A DNA stretch of 64,000 bases from Pseudomonadota bacterium. Its GTDB lineage: Bacteria; Pseudomonadota; Gammaproteobacteria; Steroidobacterales; Steroidobacteraceae. Location: assembly GCA_963204795.1 (NCBI GenBank), contig CAUJHX010000182.1, forward strand, positions 56,903 through 120,902. Direction: 5' to 3'. The position numbers and the translations under genes are program-made. Below, piece after piece: positions 8,516 through 16,108 of this stretch (position 1 is its first letter; the number at the start of each line of letters is the position of its first letter). The notes under the pieces were generated by a model. It searched no databases and was not told the DNA's origin. It saw nothing but the letters and a program-made list of their open reading frames with translations.

Positions 8516-8727
8516 GGAACCTCCATGAGCCTGTCGAGGCTAGTGATCGGCCCGCGACGCTGCTCTTGCAGCCGGGCGCTGCAGAGCGGGCACACCCAGC
8601 AGCCGCGCTCCTTCGTCCAGCCGTACGCGGCCCTGTGCTCGGGGGCACTGAACTTCCTGAGCTTCTTGCAGACGGGGCAGCGCTTCCTGAGCCCGTGCGT
8701 CCCCCGTTTCGCCGTCGCGCCGCGCAT
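8512..8727 (-). CDS. small zinc-ribbon-like protein (71 aa)
   Basis: ATG 8727 overlaps the upstream TGA (TGATG). Contains CPVCKK...CWVCPLC. Confidence 0.5.
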   Translation of the reverse strand: MRGATAKRGTHGLRKRCPVCKKLRKFSAPEHRAAYGWTKERGCWVCPLCSARLQEQRRGPITSLDRLMEVP

Positions 8728-10490
8728 CAGCATTTCCCTGCATTGAGCAACACGCGGCAAAAGTCGTCGCAGCATTCATGGTGACCAGACCACGGCACGT
8801 GCGCCGCGCACCATGCGCGAACGCGGTCATGGAAGTGCTCGGCGTGCGCAGCCCTGGCGCCGCAGCCCGGCCTCTCACAGGTCAGAGGCGCGACGTACTT
8901 CGCGCAGTCCGGGTGGTGGTAGTTGGGGTGCAGGTCCGGCCAGTAGGCGCTCGCGGGATGGCCAACCTGAGTCCAGTCCAGGCATTCGCAGTCGGGGCGA
9001 GCCGCAGCGGAAGCTCCAGCGGGCGCGGCGGGACCCCAGTCAGCAAGCCCTGTCACGGCACGGTTGACGGCTCCGCAATCGACGCACGCGTCATGGTCGT
9101 TCTCGCAGCGTCGGTGCTTGTGGTCACAGCCTCCGGCGGGCTTAGGTGGGTCCGCCGTGGCCACGGTCGGGCCTGGCATCAAACGGCCACCGTCATGCGC
9201 GGCACCTGAGCCGCCGGAGGTTTCTTCGGGGGATTCGAGGGCGCGGATGGCGGCGTGCCACGGCAGCAGCGGCCAGTCGCCGCCGTGCTCGTCGCAGAAC
9301 GTCGTGTAGCCGTCCGAGCGCGTGCTGCGCGCGGCGCAGCCGAATCTGTGTTCGCACCGAGGCAACGCCTCCACCACCGCCTCGTGTCGCGCAAGACGGG
9401 CGCGGAGGTCACGGATGCGAGTCGCCTCTGGTTGCCCGGTGAAGCCGGCTCCACACTCGTTCAGCGCGGCTTGCGCATCCTCGACCCGCCGCCCCAACGT
9501 GTCCCGCTCCGACCGCGCCGCGTCCCGCTCCTTGCTCATCCTTCGCATCTGCGCCGCGCTCACGATGTGCGCGACGTCGGCAGCGTCGAGGCCGCACGCT
9601 TCGGCCACCGTGGCGCCGAGCGCCTTCCACTCGTTGCGGACTTCGTCCCGCTCCGCGATGGCCTTGGCGTGGTCATGCGCTACGGACTCGATGCGCGCCG
9701 TGAGCACCACCTGCTCGCGGTCCCAGGCTTCGCGCTCGCGGTCGAGACAATTAAGCGCAGCATCCCGCTCGCCCACCACGCGAATGTTGTCCTGCTCAGA
9801 GCTGTGGAGTTGATCCGCAAGAAGACTTCTCTCCCCGAGGATGCGTTCGACCACCTCGGCGACGGTTGCTGCGCCCTTCGGGTGAAAGTCCTCGTCGCGA
9901 CCGACGAGCAGATCCTTAACCGCCTGCAGTTCGCGCTCGATCACGCTCGTTCGCTTGTTCTCGGCCACGATGCCTCCTTCAAGAGCAGCGATCCGAGCCC
10001 CGTAGACTTCCAGCTTCCGGTTTGCGTAGTCGAGAGCCTCGCGCGACGAGTTCATGCGGCTAGGCAGCGCGTCTCGCAAGATCGTGATGAACTCCTCCGC
10101 GGCCTCCGTCGGCGTGTAGCCCTCGCCCATCTCGATGGTGCCGTCGGGCTTGAAACACACCACCGGCTTGTTGTTCATCGCGAACCTGAGAGTGCCGGCC
10201 TCAAAAGCGTCCTTGAAGAAGTACACTCGCCCGACGGAGTCGGGCAGCGATGGGGCGGCTTCGGCTGACCCGGTGAGATGGATCACGTCCTCTGATGCGT
10301 AGATGACGCCCGCCTCCTCTCGATAGCCGCTAAGCCCGTCGCAAGCCGGGCTCCGCGACGTATCGTACTGCCACCCAGCGCATCCGTCTTCTCCGCAGTC
10401 GCAAGGCACCGCGTCGCCGTTCTCGAAAAAGAACTCGCGCGTGATGCCTGACTTCTTGCAGTAGCCGTCGATGAACTCGTCGCGCGTCAT
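8727..10490 (-). CDS. large coiled-coil protein with ERD-rich repeats and Cys/His-rich termini
   Basis: 587 aa from ATG 10490 (ATGA overlap; the track ORF extends upstream in a shadow region). Motifs GERDAAL, REREAWDRE, AERDEVR, KERDAARSERD. C-terminus rich in C/H (DHKHRRCENDHDACVDCG...HHECCDDFC). Confidence 0.65.
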   Translation of the reverse strand: MTRDEFIDGYCKKSGITREFFFENGDAVPCDCGEDGCAGWQYDTSRSPACDGLSGYREEAGVIYASEDVIHLTGSAEAAPSLPDSVGRVYFFKDAFEAGTLRFAMNNKPVVCFKPDGTIEMGEGYTPTEAAEEFITILRDALPSRMNSSREALDYANRKLEVYGARIAALEGGIVAENKRTSVIERELQAVKDLLVGRDEDFHPKGAATVAEVVERILGERSLLADQLHSSEQDNIRVVGERDAALNCLDREREAWDREQVVLTARIESVAHDHAKAIAERDEVRNEWKALGATVAEACGLDAADVAHIVSAAQMRRMSKERDAARSERDTLGRRVEDAQAALNECGAGFTGQPEATRIRDLRARLARHEAVVEALPRCEHRFGCAARSTRSDGYTTFCDEHGGDWPLLPWHAAIRALESPEETSGGSGAAHDGGRLMPGPTVATADPPKPAGGCDHKHRRCENDHDACVDCGAVNRAVTGLADWGPAAPAGASAAARPDCECLDWTQVGHPASAYWPDLHPNYHHPDCAKYVAPLTCERPGCGARAAHAEHFHDRVRAWCAAHVPWSGHHECCDDFCRVLLNAGKC

Positions 10491-11380
10491 AGCTTCACCT
10501 CGAAGTAGCGTGGCAAATGCTCCATTGTGCGCGCGAGCCGCGACACGAAGTGCTCCGGCACCGCGAGCCCCGCCAAGACCGGGACAGCGGCGCGCAGCGA
10601 CAGCAGCGCCGCCTCGGCTGGCCCATTCGCTTGCGGGTGAGCAATGTCCCAGCCGACCTCTTGGTAGGCATCCAGCATCACTAGCTTCGCCATCTCGGTG
10701 TCCGCGAGCGCCAGGACCAACGCGGTCGCCCAGAGGGCCTGCTGCTCCTGCGACCACGCCCACGTATCGCGGAAGTTACCGAAGCGCAATCGCTCGCGCA
10801 GCTCGGGCGCCATCACCTTTGGGCCGACGCGCGTCAGGAACCTGACCTGCGTGTCGTCGAACCGCTCGTCTCGCAGCATATGCGAGCAGCAGAGCACCCA
10901 GAGGCGCGCGCGCTCCTTGCCGTTCCTGATGATCGTTTCGGGGGACACTAAACCGAAGGACCATCCGCTCAGCGCTTCGGGGTCCGGGAGCGGATAGGAA
11001 GCTGACTCAATCAGCGCGGGCCCCATGCACTTGAGCCACGCGGCGGGGTGGGCCTCCAGGCACTCTCCTAGTAGTGCCTGCGCGAAGCCCGATGCGGCTG
11101 TCACGCCGAGCCCGCCAAGCGACAAGATGCCAGGGCCAATGGCGTGGACCCCGTCCACCGTGCCGTTCCCCACTGCGGCCGACAAGGCGTAGACCTTAGT
11201 CCAGAAGTTGCTGTTCTTGTCGGCCGTCGGCCGTCGCGTTCCCACGGCGTACCACCCAGCATATGAGCCGACGTTGGCCCAGCGCAGCCAGACGTCTCCG
11301 TGGTCCGTTCGTCCCGGAGCATCGTTCGGAAGGTCGAACGGATCGTCCACGAGACCAGCAACGCGGTACGGCGACGCCAT
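10487..11380 (-). CDS. hypothetical protein, first gene of the leftward operon (297 aa)
   Basis: ATG 11380 has no SD. It lies 8 nt downstream of the TAGCAG -10 element and 1 nt from the GCTAGC pair. Confidence 0.65.
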   Translation of the reverse strand: MASPYRVAGLVDDPFDLPNDAPGRTDHGDVWLRWANVGSYAGWYAVGTRRPTADKNSNFWTKVYALSAAVGNGTVDGVHAIGPGILSLGGLGVTAASGFAQALLGECLEAHPAAWLKCMGPALIESASYPLPDPEALSGWSFGLVSPETIIRNGKERARLWVLCCSHMLRDERFDDTQVRFLTRVGPKVMAPELRERLRFGNFRDTWAWSQEQQALWATALVLALADTEMAKLVMLDAYQEVGWDIAHPQANGPAEAALLSLRAAVPVLAGLAVPEHFVSRLARTMEHLPRYFEVKL

Positions 11381-11381
11381 T

Positions 11382-11396
11382 GCTAGCTCTGCTAGC
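11382..11396. repeat. tandem palindrome GCTAGC-N3-GCTAGC (site 1 of 4)
   Basis: GCTAGC at 11382-11387 and 11391-11396. The same architecture occurs at 24041-24055, 53299-53313 and 57026-57040. Confidence 0.9.
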
Positions 11397-11417
11397 TGGG
11401 ATAGCCTCGGAAGTCAA
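11389..11417 (-). promoter_or_regulatory. leftward promoter candidate, leaderless design
   Basis: On the minus strand: TTGACT (11417-11412), N17, TAGCAG (11394-11389), N8, ATG 11380. Confidence 0.55.
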
Positions 11418-11453
11418 GGGTTCCGCGGGTGACATTCCCTGTCCGTGCCGCCG

Positions 11454-11482
11454 TTGACGTGGCACTTCGCGCAGAGCATTGT
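11454..11482 (+). promoter_or_regulatory. rightward promoter candidate for the recombination/replication operon
   Basis: TTGACG (11454-11459), N17, CATTGT (11477-11482). The downstream gene has an AGGAGG RBS before ATG 11552. Confidence 0.45.
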
Positions 11483-11551
11483 CGCCCCAGCAGAAAAGCG
11501 AACGGGCGACATCGCTGCCGCCCGCTCTAGCCCAGAAAGGAGGACACCTTC

Positions 11552-12505
11552 ATGGAGCAAGCCGAGACTAGCCGAAAGGGTCGGCGCGTCAAGCTCGCGT
11601 GCAAGCGAGTCGTTTACAGTGGGAACCGCGAGGCGTGGCTCAAAGCGCGAGGGCTTGCTCTCGGGGCCTCGGAGTCGAGCACGGTGATGGGGCTCAATCC
11701 CTACGAGTCGGAGTTCACGCTCTTCCAGCGACGGACCGGCCGGATCCCTGGCATCGAAGACAACGAGAGCATGGAGTGGGGACGACGGCTGGAAGCCTTG
11801 GTGGCAGAGAAGTTCGCCGAGGACACTGGCAGGGGCGTGTGGTCCGACGGGTGGATGCTTCAGAGCATCAAGTATCCATGGCTCAGCGCGACACCGGACT
11901 TCCGACAGCGCGACAAGCAGTGGACAGAGGACGGCCTACTGGAGATCAAGACCGGCAGCGCGTTCGCGGCGGAGGACTGGAGGGACGAGCCGCCGGTCCA
12001 CTACCAGTGCCAGCTGCAGCATCAGATGCTCGTGACGGGGCTCAAGCTCGGCAGCCTTGCCGTCCTGCTGGGCGGGCAGGCCTTCTTATGGAAGGACATC
12101 GCCCGGCACGCCAGGTTCATCGCGACGCTGGCGGCCAAGACCAAACGCTTCTGGCAGCGCCTGCAGGACGATGAAGCGCCGGCGCCCGACGACAGCCCGA
12201 GCACGTCGGACACTCTGCTGCAGATGATTGAGCGAGGCGAGGCCATCCAGCTGCCCGACATCGTCCTGCAGTGGCACGTCGAGGCCAGGAAGGCGACTGA
12301 CGACGAGAAGGCGGCCAAGGAACGCAAGGATGAGTACCGCCGGAAGATCCTAGCCGTGCTGGGACAGTCCGCGTACGGAGTGCTTCCCGGCGAGCCTTTT
12401 GGCTGCAACGGCCTCTATAAGTGCGTCACCGAAACGCGAGAGGCTCATTCGGTTCCGGAAACGAGCAGCCGGGTCCTCCGCTTCAAGCGGAGGTTGGCGC
12501 TGTGA
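11552..12505 (+). CDS. YqaJ-type (lambda Exo-like) recombination exonuclease
   Basis: 317 aa. Motifs GASESSTVMGLNPYESEFTLFQRRTG, MEWGRRLEALVAEKF and DGLLEIKTG are typical of YqaJ/PD-(D/E)xK viral recombinases. Paired with recT. Confidence 0.85.
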   Translation: MEQAETSRKGRRVKLACKRVVYSGNREAWLKARGLALGASESSTVMGLNPYESEFTLFQRRTGRIPGIEDNESMEWGRRLEALVAEKFAEDTGRGVWSDGWMLQSIKYPWLSATPDFRQRDKQWTEDGLLEIKTGSAFAAEDWRDEPPVHYQCQLQHQMLVTGLKLGSLAVLLGGQAFLWKDIARHARFIATLAAKTKRFWQRLQDDEAPAPDDSPSTSDTLLQMIERGEAIQLPDIVLQWHVEARKATDDEKAAKERKDEYRRKILAVLGQSAYGVLPGEPFGCNGLYKCVTETREAHSVPETSSRVLRFKRRLAL

Positions 12506-13023
12506 TGAAGTGGATCTCTTTGCCCGCCGATGTCCAGGAGCTTGTTCGCCACCGCGCAGCATACCAGCGCAAGGCGGCGCCCCTGGAAGATCCGAAGCTG
12601 GTCGCCCGCGAGCGCGACGGGCATCTTGTGAGCCTTGAAGGAGAGATCGGTGAGTGGGTCATCGCTGACAGGCTCGGCCTCGCCCCCCATCGTCTGAACG
12701 CTCACGGCGGTGACCGCGGAGTCGACTTCGGTCTTCCAGAAGGAAGAACGCTCAGCGTGAAGAGCACCCGTCATGTCGGTGGGGTTCTGCTCTACCAGTC
12801 GCCGGGAGACTTCATCACCGACATCGCCGCGCTCGTATACGTCGATGCGGAGCGGATGCGCGGGGCCGTTCGCGGGTGGACAACACGTCGCGTGTTCATG
12901 CGCGACAAGCAACCGTTCGAGCGCGGCAGGCTCGGAACAGAAGTGTGCATGCGGCCAGGGGCGCTCGCGCCCGTCGAGCTGCTGGTGAGATGGATCGAGG
13001 ACAGAAAACGGAGGACAGCATGA
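12505..13023 (+). CDS. hypothetical protein (possible PD-(D/E)xK-like nuclease)
   Basis: 172 aa from ATG 12505 (TGATG overlap). GEIGEWVIADRLG...GGDRGVDF...LSVKST resembles an E...D...xK arrangement. This is weak. Confidence 0.45.
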   Translation: MKWISLPADVQELVRHRAAYQRKAAPLEDPKLVARERDGHLVSLEGEIGEWVIADRLGLAPHRLNAHGGDRGVDFGLPEGRTLSVKSTRHVGGVLLYQSPGDFITDIAALVYVDAERMRGAVRGWTTRRVFMRDKQPFERGRLGTEVCMRPGALAPVELLVRWIEDRKRRTA

Positions 13024-14045
13024 GCAACGAAATTCAGACGTACGTGCAGAAGCAAACTGCGGTGAAGGCAGCGCTGACGAAGGCGCAGGGCGCGATCCTA
13101 AGCGCGCTCCCGAAGCACCTCGACCCCGAGCGCATGTTCCGGGTGTACCTGACGGCGTGCAACACGTCGCCTGGGATCCTGGACTGCGAGCCCATCAGCA
13201 TCGTCGGTGCGGTCATGCGTGCCGCCGCGTTCGGGCTCTCCCTCGAAACGGTCACAGGCGAGGCTTTCATCATTCCGAGGCGCAACAAGAATCTGGGCGG
13301 GCGCCATGCTGCGAACTTCCAGATCGGCTACAAGGGCTTGCGCAAGTTGGCGCTCCAAGGCGACCCGGAGCTGCGCGACGTGTTCGCCTATGCCGTGTAC
13401 GACAACGACATGTTCGACTACGCGCTCGGCATCGAGCCGACCATCCGCGTGCACAAGCCGGCGCCCGGCGGGGCGCGCGGCAAGCTCGCCCAGGCGTACG
13501 CGGTCGCCGTCTGGAAGGACAGCTACCGGCGCTTCGAGGTGATCGATTCGTCGGTCATCGCGCTCGCGAAGCGCTATGCCGGCGGCACCGAGAAGCCCGA
13601 CTCGCCCTGGAACACCAACGAGGAAGCCATGTGGCGCAAGACCGCGCTGCGGAGGTTGTGCAACCAGTTGGCGCTCAGCAGCGACGTCGCCCGCGAGCTG
13701 GCTCGCGGCGACGGGGTCGACGGGCACGACGCTCTGCGCGAGCGCGCCCAGGAAGATCCGTCCGCTCGGGCGGTGCTGGTCGAGCTGGGGGGCGCCGGCA
13801 TGTTGGAGGCGCCGCCCATGCCCATCGAGACCGAGCAGAGCGCGCTCGACCGCGCGGCCGACGAGGCGGAGCAGGAGCTGGTCAGGCCCGGGGCACCGGC
13901 CGGCGGCGAGCCGCCCCGGCGCGCGCGGCGCGCGCGGGCGCCGGAGACACCGAAGCAGGGGACGGATGCGCTGACCCCGACTGTGACCTTCGCAGAGGAC
14001 TCCGCGGCGGCTCCGTCTCCAGGCAGGCAGCCCGGCGAAGACTGA
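13020..14045 (+). CDS. recT: RecT-family single-strand annealing protein
   Basis: 341 aa from ATG 13020 (ATGA overlap). Start MSNEIQTYVQKQTAVKAALTKAQGAILSALPKHLDPERMFRVYLTACNTSPGILDCEPISIVGAVMRAAAFGLSLE and later NFQIGYKGL are RecT-like. Acidic/Pro-rich C-terminal tail. Confidence 0.8.
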   Translation: MSNEIQTYVQKQTAVKAALTKAQGAILSALPKHLDPERMFRVYLTACNTSPGILDCEPISIVGAVMRAAAFGLSLETVTGEAFIIPRRNKNLGGRHAANFQIGYKGLRKLALQGDPELRDVFAYAVYDNDMFDYALGIEPTIRVHKPAPGGARGKLAQAYAVAVWKDSYRRFEVIDSSVIALAKRYAGGTEKPDSPWNTNEEAMWRKTALRRLCNQLALSSDVARELARGDGVDGHDALRERAQEDPSARAVLVELGGAGMLEAPPMPIETEQSALDRAADEAEQELVRPGAPAGGEPPRRARRARAPETPKQGTDALTPTVTFAEDSAAAPSPGRQPGED

Positions 14046-14072
14046 ACCTCCAGACGATTTTCAGGATCGGCA

Positions 14073-14113
14073 AGATAGGGCGGCGATCTCTCAAGGGATT
14101 TGCCGCCCTATCT
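14073..14113 (+). terminator. perfect 12-bp stem hairpin after recT (terminator or protein-binding inverted repeat)
   Basis: AGATAGGGCGGC (14073-14084) pairs with GCCGCCCTATCT (14102-14113) across a 17-nt loop. No U-run follows. Confidence 0.35.
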
Positions 14114-14136
14114 CTATCCGTAGTCCGTCCGAATGC

Positions 14137-14165
14137 TTGACTCTCCCGAGCGTTACATGTAACGC
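14137..14165 (+). promoter_or_regulatory. promoter candidate overlapped by a 14-bp perfect palindrome (operator candidate)
   Basis: TTGACT (14137-14142), N17, TAACGC (14160-14165). The palindrome CGTTACATGTAACG at 14151-14164 overlaps the -10 element. Confidence 0.4.
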
Positions 14166-14213
14166 CCTGACTCGGGCGTCATAGAGTCGGTCACTCTGCC
14201 ACGAGGGGAACCC

Positions 14214-15161
14214 TTGGCATCAAAATTCGTCAAGGTTTACGACGTTATACTTCACTCCAGCGTCTGGCTCGAAGAGCCCGAGACGCGCATCGTTTTCCTG
14301 ACGATGCTGATCATGGCCGACGAGAACGGGGACGTGGCCGCTTCGTTGGGCGGTCTGGCGCACGCAGCTCGGGTCAGCCGAGAGAAGTGCGAGCGCGCCA
14401 TACAAACTCTTACCTCTCCCGACCCGGATTCTCGGACGAAGGATCTGGACGGGCGACGGATCGTTGCGACCGACGGAGGATGGCATGTCGTCAACCATCG
14501 GAAATACCGCGACAAACGGACGCAGAAGCAAATCGGCACCGCCGAGCGCGTGCGCCGCCATCGTGAACGTAAGGCTACAGCGTTACCTGTAACGAATGTA
14601 ACGTCGGTAACCCCAGAGGCAGAGGCAGAGGCAGAGGCAGAAACAGAAAGGATCTCTGGTAAACAAAGATCTAAAGACCCGATCCCGAATGGGCGGCTGG
14701 CAGGTCTTCACGCGCGCGCAGACGCGCGCACGCGAGAGGCCGCCGCCGAAGCCCCACCAGCTCCAGATTCGGAGCCTACGCTCCGGCCAGTCGGCCTGGA
14801 GCGCGAGCGCCACCCGGACGAAGAGTTCGTTGACCGGGTGAGCCCGGTCGCGGTCGAGGCCTACGTCCCGTCGGACTGGTTGGTCGACGCCGCGATGGCC
14901 TCGGGGCTCGACGCGACGGCCCTGGGCGAAACGCTCGACCGCTACCGGAAACGGTCGAAGCTGGCGACGGCATCGCAGGCCGCCCACGACAAGGCCTTCA
15001 AGGGCTGGCTCAAGAACCAGAACTTCAGCGACAAGCCGCCGAGCGTAGCGCCCCCGCCGCCAGCCGAGAAACGCGCGACGCCGGTGCATCCCAATGACGC
15101 TGCTGGGTATGCGCTGAAGCCACCATGGCATCCCGACTTCAAGAAGCAGGAGGCGAAATGA
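14214..15161 (+). CDS. replication initiator / replisome-organizer-like protein
   Basis: 315 aa, TTG start with a GAGGGG RBS. The N-terminus VYDVILHSSVWLEEPETRIVFLTMLIMADENGDVAASLGGLAHAARVSREKCERAIQTL resembles phage replication-protein N-terminal winged-helix domains. It lies upstream of the loader and helicase genes and has internal iterons. Confidence 0.55.
   Translation: MASKFVKVYDVILHSSVWLEEPETRIVFLTMLIMADENGDVAASLGGLAHAARVSREKCERAIQTLTSPDPDSRTKDLDGRRIVATDGGWHVVNHRKYRDKRTQKQIGTAERVRRHRERKATALPVTNVTSVTPEAEAEAEAETERISGKQRSKDPIPNGRLAGLHARADARTREAAAEAPPAPDSEPTLRPVGLERERHPDEEFVDRVSPVAVEAYVPSDWLVDAAMASGLDATALGETLDRYRKRSKLATASQAAHDKAFKGWLKNQNFSDKPPSVAPPPPAEKRATPVHPNDAAGYALKPPWHPDFKKQEAK
14581..14680. 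other. candidate replication origin inside the initiator gene
   Basis: CGTTACCTGTAACG (14581-14594), TGTAACG (14597-14603), GGTAACC (14606-14612), (CAGAGG)x4 at 14614-14637, then a patch of about 35% GC at 14638-14677 with a GATCT/AGATC inverted repeat. Confidence 0.45.
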
Positions 15162-16108
15162 GCGAGAGCCAGGACGAGCGTGGCGCTGGTGGATTGGTGC
15201 CGCTCAGCGAGGTGATGATGGAACACCTGAAGCCGGCGCACGACGCGATGAGGGCTCGACGCCTGGAATGGTGGTCGCAGCGCGAGATCGCTGACGGCGC
15301 GAAGGAGAAGGGCTGGCGCTGGGTGCGAAAGCTGATCCTGCCGGCCGACGTCACGCGCGAAGAGATCGCAGCGCTTGAGCCGGTGCTGCAGTGGGCGCAA
15401 GAGCGGCTGGATCAGTGCAGCACATGTCCGAAGACCGGCGGCGCGTGCGACGTGGATTACTACATGGGCGCGGGTGAAGGCACCGCGCCGGTGTGGAACG
15501 CCGAGACGCGCGATGTCGAGTTCAAGCCGTGCGCACGGTTCTACGAGCACCGCATCCGCTTGCGACTCGCCGGCTTCGGAGTGCCAGAGGTTCTGCTTGG
15601 TGCGAACTTCGACAACTTCAGCGTCAGTGACGAGCTGCGCGCCGAGATGCAGGCGTATGTCGCTAGCTTCAAGGACGTAGGCGCGAAGGGCTACTACCTG
15701 AACGGCAGCGTCGGTACAGGCAAGAGCCATCTGGCCGCAGCGATAACGCGAGCGCTCGTCGAGAAGCGGATCATTGGCTCGGCCTACTTCGCGTACGTGC
15801 CGAAGTTCTTCGACGAGATCCGAAACAACTTCGACCGTCCCGTCGAAGAACGCGACGAGTTCATGCGGCGCGTGCTGCAGTGCGATCTGCTCGTGATGGA
15901 TGACCTGGGCGCGGAGCGAACGACCGAGTGGGTGCGCGACCAGCTCGGGATCATCATCCACATGCGCTGGGCGAACCAGAAGCCAGTGCTGGTCACAAGC
16001 AACCGGACTTTGGAAGAGTACCGAGAGCTGCTCGGTGAGCGCGCCTACTCGCGCTTGCGCTCGCTGACTCCGTATCGTCGCCTCGTCGGAGGCACGGACC
16101 AGCGATGA
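15158..16108 (+). CDS. DnaC/IstB-like AAA+ helicase loader
   Basis: 316 aa from ATG 15158 (ATGA overlap). Walker A GSVGTGKSHLAAAI and Walker B LLVMDDLGAE. Confidence 0.8.
   Translation: MSESQDERGAGGLVPLSEVMMEHLKPAHDAMRARRLEWWSQREIADGAKEKGWRWVRKLILPADVTREEIAALEPVLQWAQERLDQCSTCPKTGGACDVDYYMGAGEGTAPVWNAETRDVEFKPCARFYEHRIRLRLAGFGVPEVLLGANFDNFSVSDELRAEMQAYVASFKDVGAKGYYLNGSVGTGKSHLAAAITRALVEKRIIGSAYFAYVPKFFDEIRNNFDRPVEERDEFMRRVLQCDLLVMDDLGAERTTEWVRDQLGIIIHMRWANQKPVLVTSNRTLEEYRELLGERAYSRLRSLTPYRRLVGGTDQR

Noticed and set aside
11460-11476. A sigma-54-type promoter, suggested by TGGCAC at 11460-11465.
   Set aside because: There is no GC dinucleotide at the required GG-N10-GC spacing. The TGGCAC lies inside the spacer of a better sigma-70-like TTGACG-N17-CATTGT arrangement.
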